Shown here piece after piece: positions 10,238-19,664 of a DNA stretch of 64,000 nt. Under the pieces are notes generated by a model, which had not been told where the DNA came from, did not search any database, and worked only from the letters and a program-made list of their open reading frames with translations. This DNA is from an uncultured Thermoplasmata archaeon (GTDB lineage Archaea; Thermoplasmatota; Thermoplasmata; UBA10834). Where the stretch lies: the NCBI GenBank assembly GCA_963719945.1, contig CAVRDX010000004.1, positions 32,001 through 96,000 on the forward strand, read 5' to 3'. Made by a program: the position numbers and the translations under genes. Within the stretch, counting starts at the first letter, position 1. Every line of letters starts with the position of its first letter.

Positions 10238-10483
10238 ATGTCGATGCGCAAATTCATAACCGAGCTCAAGGGCAAAACGGTAATGACAAACGATGGCCAG
10301 ATACTCGGCATGATTGAGAACTTCATGATAGACACGAAGACTGGTGAGCTTCAGAATGTTCTCGTGATCCCTGCGGAAGAGATCGAACCGAGATTGTTCA
10401 AGACCGATGCCCAGGGAAGACTCGTGCTTCCGTTCAGCGAGATGAAAGCTGTCCGCGATGTCGTCGTGATGAACATCGCGTAA
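10238..10483 (+). CDS. PRC-barrel domain protein (CdpB-like)
   Basis: L.GKTVMTNDG..LG.IENFMID..TG.L...LV.P...LPFSEMKAVRDVVVM is the single PRC-barrel pattern. Confidence 0.85.
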   Translation: MSMRKFITELKGKTVMTNDGQILGMIENFMIDTKTGELQNVLVIPAEEIEPRLFKTDAQGRLVLPFSEMKAVRDVVVMNIA

Positions 10484-10544
10484 GCAATTTCTGACCGAAA
10501 GGGTTGGCTGAGGGAATCTTGAAGGTTCAGCGAGAGCGCTGAGA

Positions 10545-13130
10545 TCACTTCTTCAGAGCCTGCCTCTTCGCGCGCATGATACGTGATATAAGTTCGGATT
10601 TGGTTCCCCTGGAACTTATCCCGAACGCATCGCATATGGCCTCCAACTCGGTCTTCCGCTTCTTTCGGAGGTTCTTCTGTGTCAGCTCGGCCATGTCGAG
10701 AGAGGATACATCGATACCTCCGACGATTTCCAGCTGCGGAGGATGGACGGGATCCTCGGTCGCGACCGATCCGCTGACCGGCCTGGAGGGTGCCGACTCC
10801 GCTCTCTTAAGGTTCGAGGATGCGTCCCCGAACTTCGGAGCCAATCTCAGCGCTTCCTTCAGGGAGACCTGGGCTGCATCCATCTTGGACATGCGCATGA
10901 GCACGATGCCTTTGTTGTTGTATCCCTCAGGTGTCTCGGCCAATCTGATGGATTGCTCGAATGAGCTGAGCGCTTCCGAAAGCATGTCCAATGTCAACTG
11001 AGCGAAACCTTTGTTCGTCATCGCGACAGTGGATGGGGCTATGAGCAAGGATTCGTCGAAGCATGCGACAGCCTCCCTCATCCTGTCCCTCTTGTAGAGT
11101 ATGCAACCCCTGTTGTTCCAAGCAGCTGGATTGCTCTTCCTGTGCTTGATGGCCCGGTCGACCTCAAGGCTCGCCTTCTCGAACTCGCCTTTCTTCAATA
11201 TGACGACACCCAGATTGTTGCGAGCCTCCGATCTATCCAAAGGCAAAGCAGCGGCGCGTTCGAACGCCTCAGCAGCACCATCTAGATCGTCACATTCGAG
11301 TTTGGTAAGGCCGCGATAATTGAGCAGCATTGCGAGGTTCTCAGCTGCAAGGGCGTCATCTATTTCCTCTATCGCCTTTGCAGGGTCGCCACTGTGACGG
11401 GCTTCGATGGCAGCCAATGCGTAGCCTTGCCATCCCGTGGAAGAGCCCCGGAGCGCCTCGCTAAGCTTGTGGACCTTCTCCCATTCGCCCACCTCCATGA
11501 GCGCATTGTGCAAATTCATCAATGCAGGGACGTATGACCCGTCGACCGATACAGCGTGTTCGTACGATCTTATTGCGGCCTCGATCTTCCCCTGTCGGAA
11601 GAGGACGTTTCCAGCGGCGGTAAGCAGGCTTGGGTCCTCGCCCTCCAACCGGAGGGATTTACCCAGGAATTCGAACGCTTCCTCATACCTGCCGAGGAGC
11701 AGGAGGAGCTGGGCACGGTCGCCGTAGAGTTCCTCCGCAAGCTGCTCAACCTTGGGTTCCTGGACACGAACGACCACATCCTCGGCCATAACTGGTGTAG
11801 GTGTCTCCGGCACGACTTTGACAGGAATCTCTGAAGCTGTCGAGAAGATATCTTCAACGATCCTGGGCACTTCAACGAATTGCTCGGCAATCTTCTGCTT
11901 CACTTCCCCAAGTGCCTTCCTGGCATCGATATAGTCCGGGTCGAGCTGAAGGGACTGCTCGAATGCTGAATTGGCCTGTGTGACTTTGCCGAGCTTCTTG
12001 GAGACCATTCCCCGGAGATACCAACCCTTGGGGTACTCCGGCCTGAATCTCGTGACTTGCGTGAATGATTCGAGGGCTTCCTCGTATCGTCCTATCGTAT
12101 ACAGCAGGTTGCCTTTGTTGATCCACGCCTCGACATAATCATGTTTGAGCTCGAGCGCACGGTCGTATGATTCAAGAGCTTCGGTCTGCCTGTTGAGCGC
12201 GTGAAGGGTGGCTCCCTTATTGTTATGGACCTTCTCCAGGCGATAGTTGATCTTGAGCACCTTGTCGTATGTGACCAGTGCCTCCTGGTATCGTCCCAGT
12301 CTGTGCAGGGTGGATCCTTTGTTGATCAAGGCCTTCTGCATCATAGGGTTGTAGAACAGGGCCTTGTCGTAGCACATTATCTCTTCGGTGTATCTGGAAA
12401 GCGCGAAGAAACAGTTGCCGAGGGCGAACCAGGTCTCATCGCTCTCTGGCAGGAGTTCCAAAGCGTGCTTGTAACACTCGAGCGCCTGCTCGTGGTATCC
12501 CATCTCATCCAGAGTAACTCCCTTGAGTCGCCAGGGCACATCGTAGTTCTCATCAACCAGTATGGCGAGGTCGAACGCCTCAAGAGCGCGCATGAAATCC
12601 TTGCCCGCAAGTGCGTCGTATCCCGCCTTCATCGCATCCTCGAGCCTTTCTCCGGAGATGGCCGGGCGTTCGACCACGACCTCCTCGGGTATCGAGGATG
12701 TGATTTGCAGGACCTCCTTGTCCAGGTCGAATCTGCGGAGTATGGCAATGAGTTTCGTTCCGTCTGCGAAGCCGATGGAATGCTCACCCATGAGCTCGAC
12801 AGCCTCGCCAAGAATGGAAGCCGTCGTAAACACCAGGGCGGATGATGCCCCCGTCTTCTCCATGTAGGAAATCAAACTCTCAATATCGCCTCTTCCCAAC
12901 GGCTGCTCCCGTCTTGAGAAAAGGACAGCGTACCTGGTATCGTCGGATCGGTGGATGCAATCCGCGATCACGAAAGTCTCCCTGAGTCGGCTCCTGGACA
13001 TCTTTAGCTCCAGATATCCGAGGACCTTCTCCACCAAGTTGCTGAACTCCGGGTCAGGGAGGTTGAGGACCGCGCTGATGATCCTGTCATCTGAGCGTTC
13101 GTCAAGAATCTTATCCAGTTCGACCATCAC
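10545..13130 (-). CDS. TPR-repeat protein with N-terminal Mrr-like domain and C-terminal SAP motif
   Basis: Many 34-aa TPRs (AWINKGNLLY..GRYEEAL..F). N-terminus resembles Mrr_cat. C-terminal KTELEAICDAFGISSRGTKSELISRI matches SAP. Confidence 0.85.
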   Translation of the reverse strand: MMVELDKILDERSDDRIISAVLNLPDPEFSNLVEKVLGYLELKMSRSRLRETFVIADCIHRSDDTRYAVLFSRREQPLGRGDIESLISYMEKTGASSALVFTTASILGEAVELMGEHSIGFADGTKLIAILRRFDLDKEVLQITSSIPEEVVVERPAISGERLEDAMKAGYDALAGKDFMRALEAFDLAILVDENYDVPWRLKGVTLDEMGYHEQALECYKHALELLPESDETWFALGNCFFALSRYTEEIMCYDKALFYNPMMQKALINKGSTLHRLGRYQEALVTYDKVLKINYRLEKVHNNKGATLHALNRQTEALESYDRALELKHDYVEAWINKGNLLYTIGRYEEALESFTQVTRFRPEYPKGWYLRGMVSKKLGKVTQANSAFEQSLQLDPDYIDARKALGEVKQKIAEQFVEVPRIVEDIFSTASEIPVKVVPETPTPVMAEDVVVRVQEPKVEQLAEELYGDRAQLLLLLGRYEEAFEFLGKSLRLEGEDPSLLTAAGNVLFRQGKIEAAIRSYEHAVSVDGSYVPALMNLHNALMEVGEWEKVHKLSEALRGSSTGWQGYALAAIEARHSGDPAKAIEEIDDALAAENLAMLLNYRGLTKLECDDLDGAAEAFERAAALPLDRSEARNNLGVVILKKGEFEKASLEVDRAIKHRKSNPAAWNNRGCILYKRDRMREAVACFDESLLIAPSTVAMTNKGFAQLTLDMLSEALSSFEQSIRLAETPEGYNNKGIVLMRMSKMDAAQVSLKEALRLAPKFGDASSNLKRAESAPSRPVSGSVATEDPVHPPQLEIVGGIDVSSLDMAELTQKNLRKKRKTELEAICDAFGISSRGTKSELISRIMRAKRQALKK

Positions 13131-15004
13131 TCATCCCCTCCGCCGAGAGTTTTCAGCCACTTCGCAGCTTCCCTGTTGGTCGAATCCAGCCTTACGGCCT
13201 CCTCGAGACACTTGCGTGCTTCATCCTGCATTCCGATGGCATTCAGTGCGATGCCCTTTCTGCCGAGAGCGTATGAGTCGTCTTGGTCAAGTTCCAGGAA
13301 CCTGTCGTATGCCTCCACCGACCTGCGATGCTTCTCCTTCTCGAACAGGATGTCTGCCTTCAACAGCCATGAATCCTTATCGCGCGGCTCCAGCATGTTA
13401 TACTTGTCCAGGCATTGTATCGCAGCGCCCCAACGACCCATCTCGCGCATCGCTTTAGCCTTTCCTAACCATGCACGTGGATAGTTGCCATTGATCTGCA
13501 AGGCTCTTGAATAGCTCTCATCGGCACCGCTGACCTTGTTGTTCTTGAGCAGCGCGTCGCCCATCAACACCCATGCATCGATCTGCCTTGGATCGAGTGA
13601 TACGGACTTGCTGAAGTACTGAACAGCTGCCCCCCATTTGCCTTCCTTCTCAGCCAGGACGCCTCGCCAATACCACGCGCGGGGATCGTTTCTGTTGTTT
13701 TCGTAGAAAGCGTGTGCGACATGGTCTGCTCGGGCCAGGTCGTTTGTCTTTACAAGGGATTCGATCAGTGTCAATTGTGCATCCACGGAGCCGGGTTCTT
13801 CCTGAAGAATGTGCTCCGCCATCTGTATCGCCGAATCGTAGTTCCCCGATCTGAGCGCTTCCCGAGCAAGTTCGGCAGGATAGGATTCGACTTGGATCCT
13901 CTCTCCTTTCGGTTCCTCAGCGATGTGTATGAAATGCCTCGGAGGCGCTCCAACCGATGTCTCGGCGGATGCCTTCTTCAATTCGTTGATCAGGTCTGTC
14001 ACTTTCTGGTCCAGGTCAGGCGTTCTCGCCATCACCCTCTGACGCTCGGCCACTGAGGCATCCTCAGTCCTGCCCAGCTCGTGCAGAACAACAATGATGT
14101 GATCGTAAGCTTCTATGAATTTTGAGTCCAGAGAAAGCGACCTGTTGAAGCAATCGAGCGCCTCCTGGAGCTTGTTCATGTCCCTGAGAACCCTGCCTTT
14201 GAGGACCCACAATCTCGGTGTCTCCTCAAGCGCCAGGGCGTCATCTATCCGTGCCATGGCATCCATAGGGTTCCCGAGTTCGAGATGAGACTTGGCCAAG
14301 GATTCGACAATCTTCCTGTCGTTGGGGAAATGCTTGAGGGCGTTGGATAGATGCATCTCCGCGTCTGCCCAATCGCCAGCATCGACCGCGAGCATGCCCA
14401 TGTTATAGATCGCTATTGAGCTGAGGTCGTCGGTCTGGGTGACCCGAGCCATGTAATCCCTTGCTCTCGACCTGAGCAGCTTCTTCTTCGAGTCGGCCCA
14501 TTCTTTGGATGCCGTCCTCATCAATATTCCGTGAAATGCGTACCAGTAGACGAGACCCATGCGCAAGTACAAGTCGCTCATGCCCTCGTTGGGATAGAGT
14601 TGCTCCGCCTGCTCCACCTTCCGAATTATAGTAGCGATCGTCTGCGCAGCATCTTCTGTGATCAATATGAAAGGGTGGTCGAACTTGAGAGGGACGCCGA
14701 GGTGCGCCAGTATCGTATTGCATTGTTCGTAGAACCCTTTGAGCTCCTCCCGAGTCATGCCTTCGACACCGGTCTCAGAGACCATCTTCTGCAAATCGAT
14801 TGACGGGATGCATATCGCGTCTGAACAAGAGGTAGGGCCGAGAAGCATCGTGGCGGACCCTTCCGAGCGCATCCTCTGAAAAACGCTCCGGCCAATTAAT
14901 GACGGGTTCAGAAAGAACCGAGGGTCTTCGAAAGAAGCGTCGGCGCATGCATCACAGAGGAGCGGCCCCTCCTCGCACATGCAACCACATCTGAGACAAG
15001 CCAC
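13127..15004 (-). CDS. TPR-repeat protein with N-terminal Zn ribbon
   Basis: CLRC...CDAC at the N-terminus and two TPR blocks. Its stop overlaps the start of the downstream TPR gene. Confidence 0.85.
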   Translation of the reverse strand: MACLRCGCMCEEGPLLCDACADASFEDPRFFLNPSLIGRSVFQRMRSEGSATMLLGPTSCSDAICIPSIDLQKMVSETGVEGMTREELKGFYEQCNTILAHLGVPLKFDHPFILITEDAAQTIATIIRKVEQAEQLYPNEGMSDLYLRMGLVYWYAFHGILMRTASKEWADSKKKLLRSRARDYMARVTQTDDLSSIAIYNMGMLAVDAGDWADAEMHLSNALKHFPNDRKIVESLAKSHLELGNPMDAMARIDDALALEETPRLWVLKGRVLRDMNKLQEALDCFNRSLSLDSKFIEAYDHIIVVLHELGRTEDASVAERQRVMARTPDLDQKVTDLINELKKASAETSVGAPPRHFIHIAEEPKGERIQVESYPAELAREALRSGNYDSAIQMAEHILQEEPGSVDAQLTLIESLVKTNDLARADHVAHAFYENNRNDPRAWYWRGVLAEKEGKWGAAVQYFSKSVSLDPRQIDAWVLMGDALLKNNKVSGADESYSRALQINGNYPRAWLGKAKAMREMGRWGAAIQCLDKYNMLEPRDKDSWLLKADILFEKEKHRRSVEAYDRFLELDQDDSYALGRKGIALNAIGMQDEARKCLEEAVRLDSTNREAAKWLKTLGGGDE

Positions 15005-15072
15005 GCATTACCTCCTCATTATGCGATATGGGTCTAGTAATATAATCATAACGTTCTCGCTTTCATCTGCGT

Positions 15073-16638
15073 TCAGCACAATGGCCTAGACATATAATGC
15101 CCTTTCCTGTCGTATCCGAGCCCTCTATAATATCCTCTGGCACCGACTCCGCTCGTCACGAGCAGCTCGTCGTACCCACTTCCGGATGCAATTGTCTCGC
15201 ATTCTCGAAGTAGGCTCTCACCCAACCCTCTGTGCTGCCATCGATCTCCCGACTCCATACCGATGGGAACCATTTGACCATAGACATGGAGTTCTCTTAC
15301 TAGGGCGTGGTTACTATATCCGTCGGATGGAAATCTCAACCGGGCATAGCCGACCAGAGCGTCTATTGATGGCAGCTCGTACGAAATGAAGAATTCCCTA
15401 CCGCGTGACGCGGAATATTCGATCTTTTTGAGTACTGGGACTTCATCGCTGGTCGCCTGGCCTCTCATGTTCACGTGGCCAATCTCTCGACATCTGATAC
15501 ACCGACATCGCGAATCTTCTGAGGAGAGCCTCTCATGAACAAGTTCCCTGAGATGGCTCTTCTTTATCCCGGCCTCTATCAGCTGGACCGGTATGTCCCG
15601 TTGAATCCTCAGGATCCTCACCCATGGAGGGATTTGCCTCTTCACCTCGGAGAGCATCCTTGTGCCATCCTCAATCGAAAACGGTGAATATTCGCCCGAG
15701 GTCCAGAGATCATACAGGTCTGTCCCCTTGACGACAAGAGTCGGGTATATCTTCAGCATATCTGGCCTGAACCTATCATCCTCGAATAAACGCTTGAATG
15801 ATTCGATGTCCTTTTCGAAATTGCTCCCTGGAAGGCCAGGCATCATGTGATAGCATATCTTGAGACCAGCATCCCTAGCCCTCTCCGTGGCATCGACGAC
15901 CTCACGAACGCCATGCCCTCTTTTGACCCCGATCAACACATCATCATCGAGGATCTGTACTCCGAACTCGACCTTGGTCGCACCGAGACGCATGGACCTG
16001 TCCAACTGTTCCTTGTTGAACCAATCTGGTCGGGTCTCGACGGTGAGACCCACACATCTCGATTCGGCGGTCTCGTTCAACTCATGAGATGCCAGGATAT
16101 CGTCGGAATCACGGCCGTTCATGGCATCGAAACACCTTTTGACGAACCATTCCTGATACTCGGATGGTCGCGATGTGAAGGTGCCGCCCATGATTATGAG
16201 ATCGACTTTGTCCGTCCGGTGACCGATCGCCCTGAACTGCTTCAATCTGGCCTCGGTCTGTCTGAAAGGATCGAACTCGTTCATCGTTGCCCTGAGTGCA
16301 GCCGGCTCCCTGCCAGTGTAGGACTGAGGGCTGTTGTTTGAGACCCCGCCAGGACAGTACGAGCATCGTCCGTGCGGACAGTCGAAAGGACTGGTCATGA
16401 CAGCAACAGGGGCGACGCCGCTAAGCGTTCTGACGGGTTTATTTTTGAGAAGTGGCTCGACGAGGTCCCTCAACTCGTCAGGAACATGCTCCAGAATCTC
16501 GTGATTTGTTGGAACCCTCGAGAGGCCGTGAAGCTTGCAGAGCTCGGTCTTCAGCTTCATTATGCCCTTGCGGTCGCTGACCGCCCCTGATATTATCGCC
16601 TCGATGAACTCCTCGTAATAGTCCACGTCAAGCTTCAC
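15073..16638 (-). CDS. elp3: tRNA uridine(34) 5-carboxymethyl modification radical SAM/KAT enzyme Elp3
   Basis: RTLSGVAPVAVM, CPHGRCSYCPGG, ETRPD, LKIYPTLV, RELHVYG, QHRGLG. Confidence 0.96.
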   Translation of the reverse strand: MKLDVDYYEEFIEAIISGAVSDRKGIMKLKTELCKLHGLSRVPTNHEILEHVPDELRDLVEPLLKNKPVRTLSGVAPVAVMTSPFDCPHGRCSYCPGGVSNNSPQSYTGREPAALRATMNEFDPFRQTEARLKQFRAIGHRTDKVDLIIMGGTFTSRPSEYQEWFVKRCFDAMNGRDSDDILASHELNETAESRCVGLTVETRPDWFNKEQLDRSMRLGATKVEFGVQILDDDVLIGVKRGHGVREVVDATERARDAGLKICYHMMPGLPGSNFEKDIESFKRLFEDDRFRPDMLKIYPTLVVKGTDLYDLWTSGEYSPFSIEDGTRMLSEVKRQIPPWVRILRIQRDIPVQLIEAGIKKSHLRELVHERLSSEDSRCRCIRCREIGHVNMRGQATSDEVPVLKKIEYSASRGREFFISYELPSIDALVGYARLRFPSDGYSNHALVRELHVYGQMVPIGMESGDRWQHRGLGESLLRECETIASGSGYDELLVTSGVGARGYYRGLGYDRKGHYMSRPLC

Positions 16639-16684
16639 AACGGAGTCATCATATCTATTTATCGGACGATGAGTCGAATCGCCA

Positions 16685-16984
16685 TCAAAGGAACATCATA
16701 TCTTCATGGATGTCAGAGGGGTCGTCTCCGGTCTTGGGTCTCTTCCCCTTGGGAGCTATCTGCACATCCGACATCAGAAGCCTGATGTATGTCTTATCAG
16801 GAAGATGATCCAGTGATATGACGCCTTTGAGAACCAGAGACTTGAGATTGCGGTCCAGCGTGTCCGGACGCATGCGAAGCTCGTCTCGGACCTCCTCTAC
16901 GGTGACGGGATACCAATCCTGCAGTATCTTGACTATCTTCGTCTCGAACTGGTTCAATTTGACTATCATGAACTTCAGAGTCAC
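16685..16984 (-). CDS. Small winged-HTH protein
   Basis: IVKILQDWYPVTVEEVRDEL.M....LDRNLKSLVLKGVISLD is a wHTH pattern. Operonic with its neighbours. Confidence 0.7.
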   Translation of the reverse strand: MTLKFMIVKLNQFETKIVKILQDWYPVTVEEVRDELRMRPDTLDRNLKSLVLKGVISLDHLPDKTYIRLLMSDVQIAPKGKRPKTGDDPSDIHEDMMFL

Positions 16985-17268
16985 CCGAAGTAGACCGCGT
17001 TGCTGTCCTTATCCTTGACTTCCTCTTCCTTCTCGGCTTTGAGGACGTCTATGGATATGATCATGTGAGAGGGAATCAGTCTCATGAACTTCTCCTTGCT
17101 CTCACCAGAGGTCTTCTCCACCTCCATCACCAAAGCTGTATCGTGCGCGAGGGCGGCGTATCCCTTGAACACACCGGTAGTCTCCATCGGCTTCTCCCTG
17201 GATTCCAGACTCTTTATCCTGTACAATGATCCCTGAGTCAACACGATCGTTTCATCTTTTTTTGCCAT
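16981..17268 (-). CDS. Hypothetical beta-rich protein, possibly Sm-like fold
   Basis: Overlaps both neighbours. Pattern TGVFKGY..ALVMEV...RLIPSHMIISIDVL. Confidence 0.65.
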   Translation of the reverse strand: MAKKDETIVLTQGSLYRIKSLESREKPMETTGVFKGYAALAHDTALVMEVEKTSGESKEKFMRLIPSHMIISIDVLKAEKEEEVKDKDSNAVYFG

Positions 17269-17731
17269 GCTTGTCACCCTTCTTGGTCTGGAGCTCCTGT
17301 AGATGGTCTATCGTCTTGCGATAGTTCTCCATCGCGACCTGAACATGGGCTTCCGTGAAATTCCAAGCCTTGCTCAAGTTGCCATATCTTATGCGGTAGC
17401 CCTTCTTCTTCGATCCATCCAGCTGATCGACGTTAATCTCCTCTAGGAGGTCGAACCCTTTCAACTTGTTTATGTGACGGTATACCGTCGCCTTGGTCGT
17501 CCCCAACGCGACCGCCAAGTCCTCGACGACCCACGCTTTGTCCATACGACCGAGGAAGAACTCCATTATCAGACGATATGGGACACTATCCCTGATGTCC
17601 GTGACATCAGTCTTAGGGTCGTAGCCCTTCGGAAAATATCCTATCTGGTTCAGGAATAAGATGGCGACCTCGTCAATGTCGCTCAGCGGGGTCAGTGGGG
17701 TGTTGCTGACGACATTTAGCTCGAAGCTCAT
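17252..17731 (-). CDS. Winged-HTH transcriptional regulator
   Basis: WVVEDLAVALGTTKATVYRHINKLKGFDLLEE HTH. First gene of an apparent operon ending in elp3. Confidence 0.8.
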   Translation of the reverse strand: MSFELNVVSNTPLTPLSDIDEVAILFLNQIGYFPKGYDPKTDVTDIRDSVPYRLIMEFFLGRMDKAWVVEDLAVALGTTKATVYRHINKLKGFDLLEEINVDQLDGSKKKGYRIRYGNLSKAWNFTEAHVQVAMENYRKTIDHLQELQTKKGDKHGKKR

Positions 17732-17788
17732 GTCAGTATGAATCGCATGGATAATACTTAATCCATGTGCTATACCGATTAGTATCTC

Positions 17789-18853
17789 TCAGTGACCGCT
17801 ATCCTCTAATCTACCCCAAGTCAGCAAGCGCTCTGAAAGATTGGCAGGAGCTGAGCGATGATGTATGCTGGCTGGCCAAATCATGGATGATGTCACGACG
17901 ATTGCTCCAATCAACCCCAGGATAGATCCAGGGCCGATATTTGCGTGGCAGATCAGATATCCGACCCAGTGGAAATCTGCTAACAGCAGGCTGTCATCTA
18001 CTACCACTCGGTCCCCAGATATTCCATTAAGAATCCAAAGATATGCAGATGCCCCCATCAGTTGGAGGAGACCACCTATCGGCGATATTGCGGATACCAT
18101 GACGCCGGCAAGGAAGAGCAACATGCAAGCCGCAATTATCGCGTAACTGACACCTGAGAGATTTGTGATAGAGTATGCGTCTTGATCTGGCGAGCCGGTA
18201 AGATAATGCGAAGGGTAATCGAGGAAGATGGTCGTCGGCGAGATGGGATGGTCAACAACGACACTGCCCCAGGGAAGCATCAGTGACAAGAGAGAAATCA
18301 TCAGTCCGATTGTGCACAATAGATTTATCTTGGACCGCCAAAAATCCCGCGGACGGATAGTGAGTAGTCGGGCGGAGATATCAGAACGATGAACCTTGGA
18401 TGAGTAGCCAAGTGGTAGAAGCAATCCGATAATCGTGATAACTGCAGCCGAGAATGCCATCCATAGACCAGGCCCCGGCATCATTGTAGGCCATGTCAGT
18501 TCTGCAATGTCACGTCCTGGACCCGTTCTGGGAAAAAGAGATGTGTATTCGTATTCTGAAATGTGGATGAGAGCAATTGATGCCCCCATCAACAGAATGG
18601 GACCTGCCAAGGGTGTAATAAATGCCATTAAGACCGCGATTAAGAAGATCAGCATCGGCGCATCGACTGATATGGTTTTGTAATGATTGAATCCAAGAAA
18701 CGCATCCAGAGGAGTTTCTGTAGGCACCAATAGCTCGCCGAAGTCCGTAGATGTCGGGGCGTGCCAAGGGAGAAATAAAGCAATTATGCCAAGAATCAGC
18801 CCCACTAGACAGATGATGTTGGCATCCCATTTCCTCAATCTATCGAACACCAA
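17789..18853 (-). CDS. Hypothetical polytopic membrane protein with internal duplication
   Basis: About 8 hydrophobic segments in two homologous halves (FLPW/MLPW; ITPLAG/ISPIGG; PGPG/IGPG; ARLLTI/ERLLTW). Confidence 0.75.
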   Translation of the reverse strand: MVFDRLRKWDANIICLVGLILGIIALFLPWHAPTSTDFGELLVPTETPLDAFLGFNHYKTISVDAPMLIFLIAVLMAFITPLAGPILLMGASIALIHISEYEYTSLFPRTGPGRDIAELTWPTMMPGPGLWMAFSAAVITIIGLLLPLGYSSKVHRSDISARLLTIRPRDFWRSKINLLCTIGLMISLLSLMLPWGSVVVDHPISPTTIFLDYPSHYLTGSPDQDAYSITNLSGVSYAIIAACMLLFLAGVMVSAISPIGGLLQLMGASAYLWILNGISGDRVVVDDSLLLADFHWVGYLICHANIGPGSILGLIGAIVVTSSMIWPASIHHRSAPANLSERLLTWGRLEDSGH

Positions 18854-18884
18854 ACGCGATGAGCGAGAGAACGCTATAAAAATC

Positions 18885-19664
18885 CTATTCGGATGACAAT
18901 TCCTTAATCCGAGCCTTCTCGAACTCCGTCTCGAGTTCCGCTAGGACCTTCCCCCGTATCTCGATGAATTCGGAATCGGTGCGGTCCCTCGGACGAGGGA
19001 TGGTTATGGGAATGATCTTCTTCACGGTTCCAGGCCTTGCGGTCATGACCACGATCTTATCTGCGAGGAAGACTGCTTCGTCAACGGAGTGGGTCACGAA
19101 TAGCACCGTCTTCTTTTCAGCGAGCCATATTCTGAGCAGTTCCTTCTGCATCAGGTTCCTGGTCTGGGCGTCGAGCGAGCCGAATGGCTCGTCCATCAGA
19201 AGCACATCAGGATCGTTGGCCAGTGCGCGGGCTATCGCAACTCGTTGTTTCATGCCACCGGACAACTGCTTGGGGTGAGCGTCTTCGAAACCATTCAGAC
19301 CGACGAGCGCCAGAAGACGCGTGGATATCTCCTTCCTCTTCTCTTCCGGAACGCCCTTCACTTCCAGCCCGAACTCGATGTTCTTCCTGGCGCTCCTCCA
19401 GGGGAACAGAGCGAACTCCTGGAACACCATGCCGCGATTTGGCCCGGCGTTCCTGACTTCCTTGTTGTTTATCCGGACATTTCCTGAAGTCTTTGACTCG
19501 AGACCCGCCACGATCCTGAGGACGGTTGTCTTTCCACAACCTGATGGGCCCAGCAGGCACACGAACTCCCCTTCATCCACTTCGAGATTGAAATGGGAGA
19601 CCGCGATTACCCGGCTCTTGTCCTTTGTGAATTCCTTGGAGAGGTCCAATAGCGAGATGTTCAC
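18885..19664 (-). CDS. NitT/TauT/SsuB-family ABC transporter ATP-binding protein
   Basis: GPSGCGKTT, LSGGMKQR, LLMDEPF, FVTHSVDEA. GTG 19664 overlaps the permease stop. Confidence 0.93.
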   Translation of the reverse strand: MNISLLDLSKEFTKDKSRVIAVSHFNLEVDEGEFVCLLGPSGCGKTTVLRIVAGLESKTSGNVRINNKEVRNAGPNRGMVFQEFALFPWRSARKNIEFGLEVKGVPEEKRKEISTRLLALVGLNGFEDAHPKQLSGGMKQRVAIARALANDPDVLLMDEPFGSLDAQTRNLMQKELLRIWLAEKKTVLFVTHSVDEAVFLADKIVVMTARPGTVKKIIPITIPRPRDRTDSEFIEIRGKVLAELETEFEKARIKELSSE

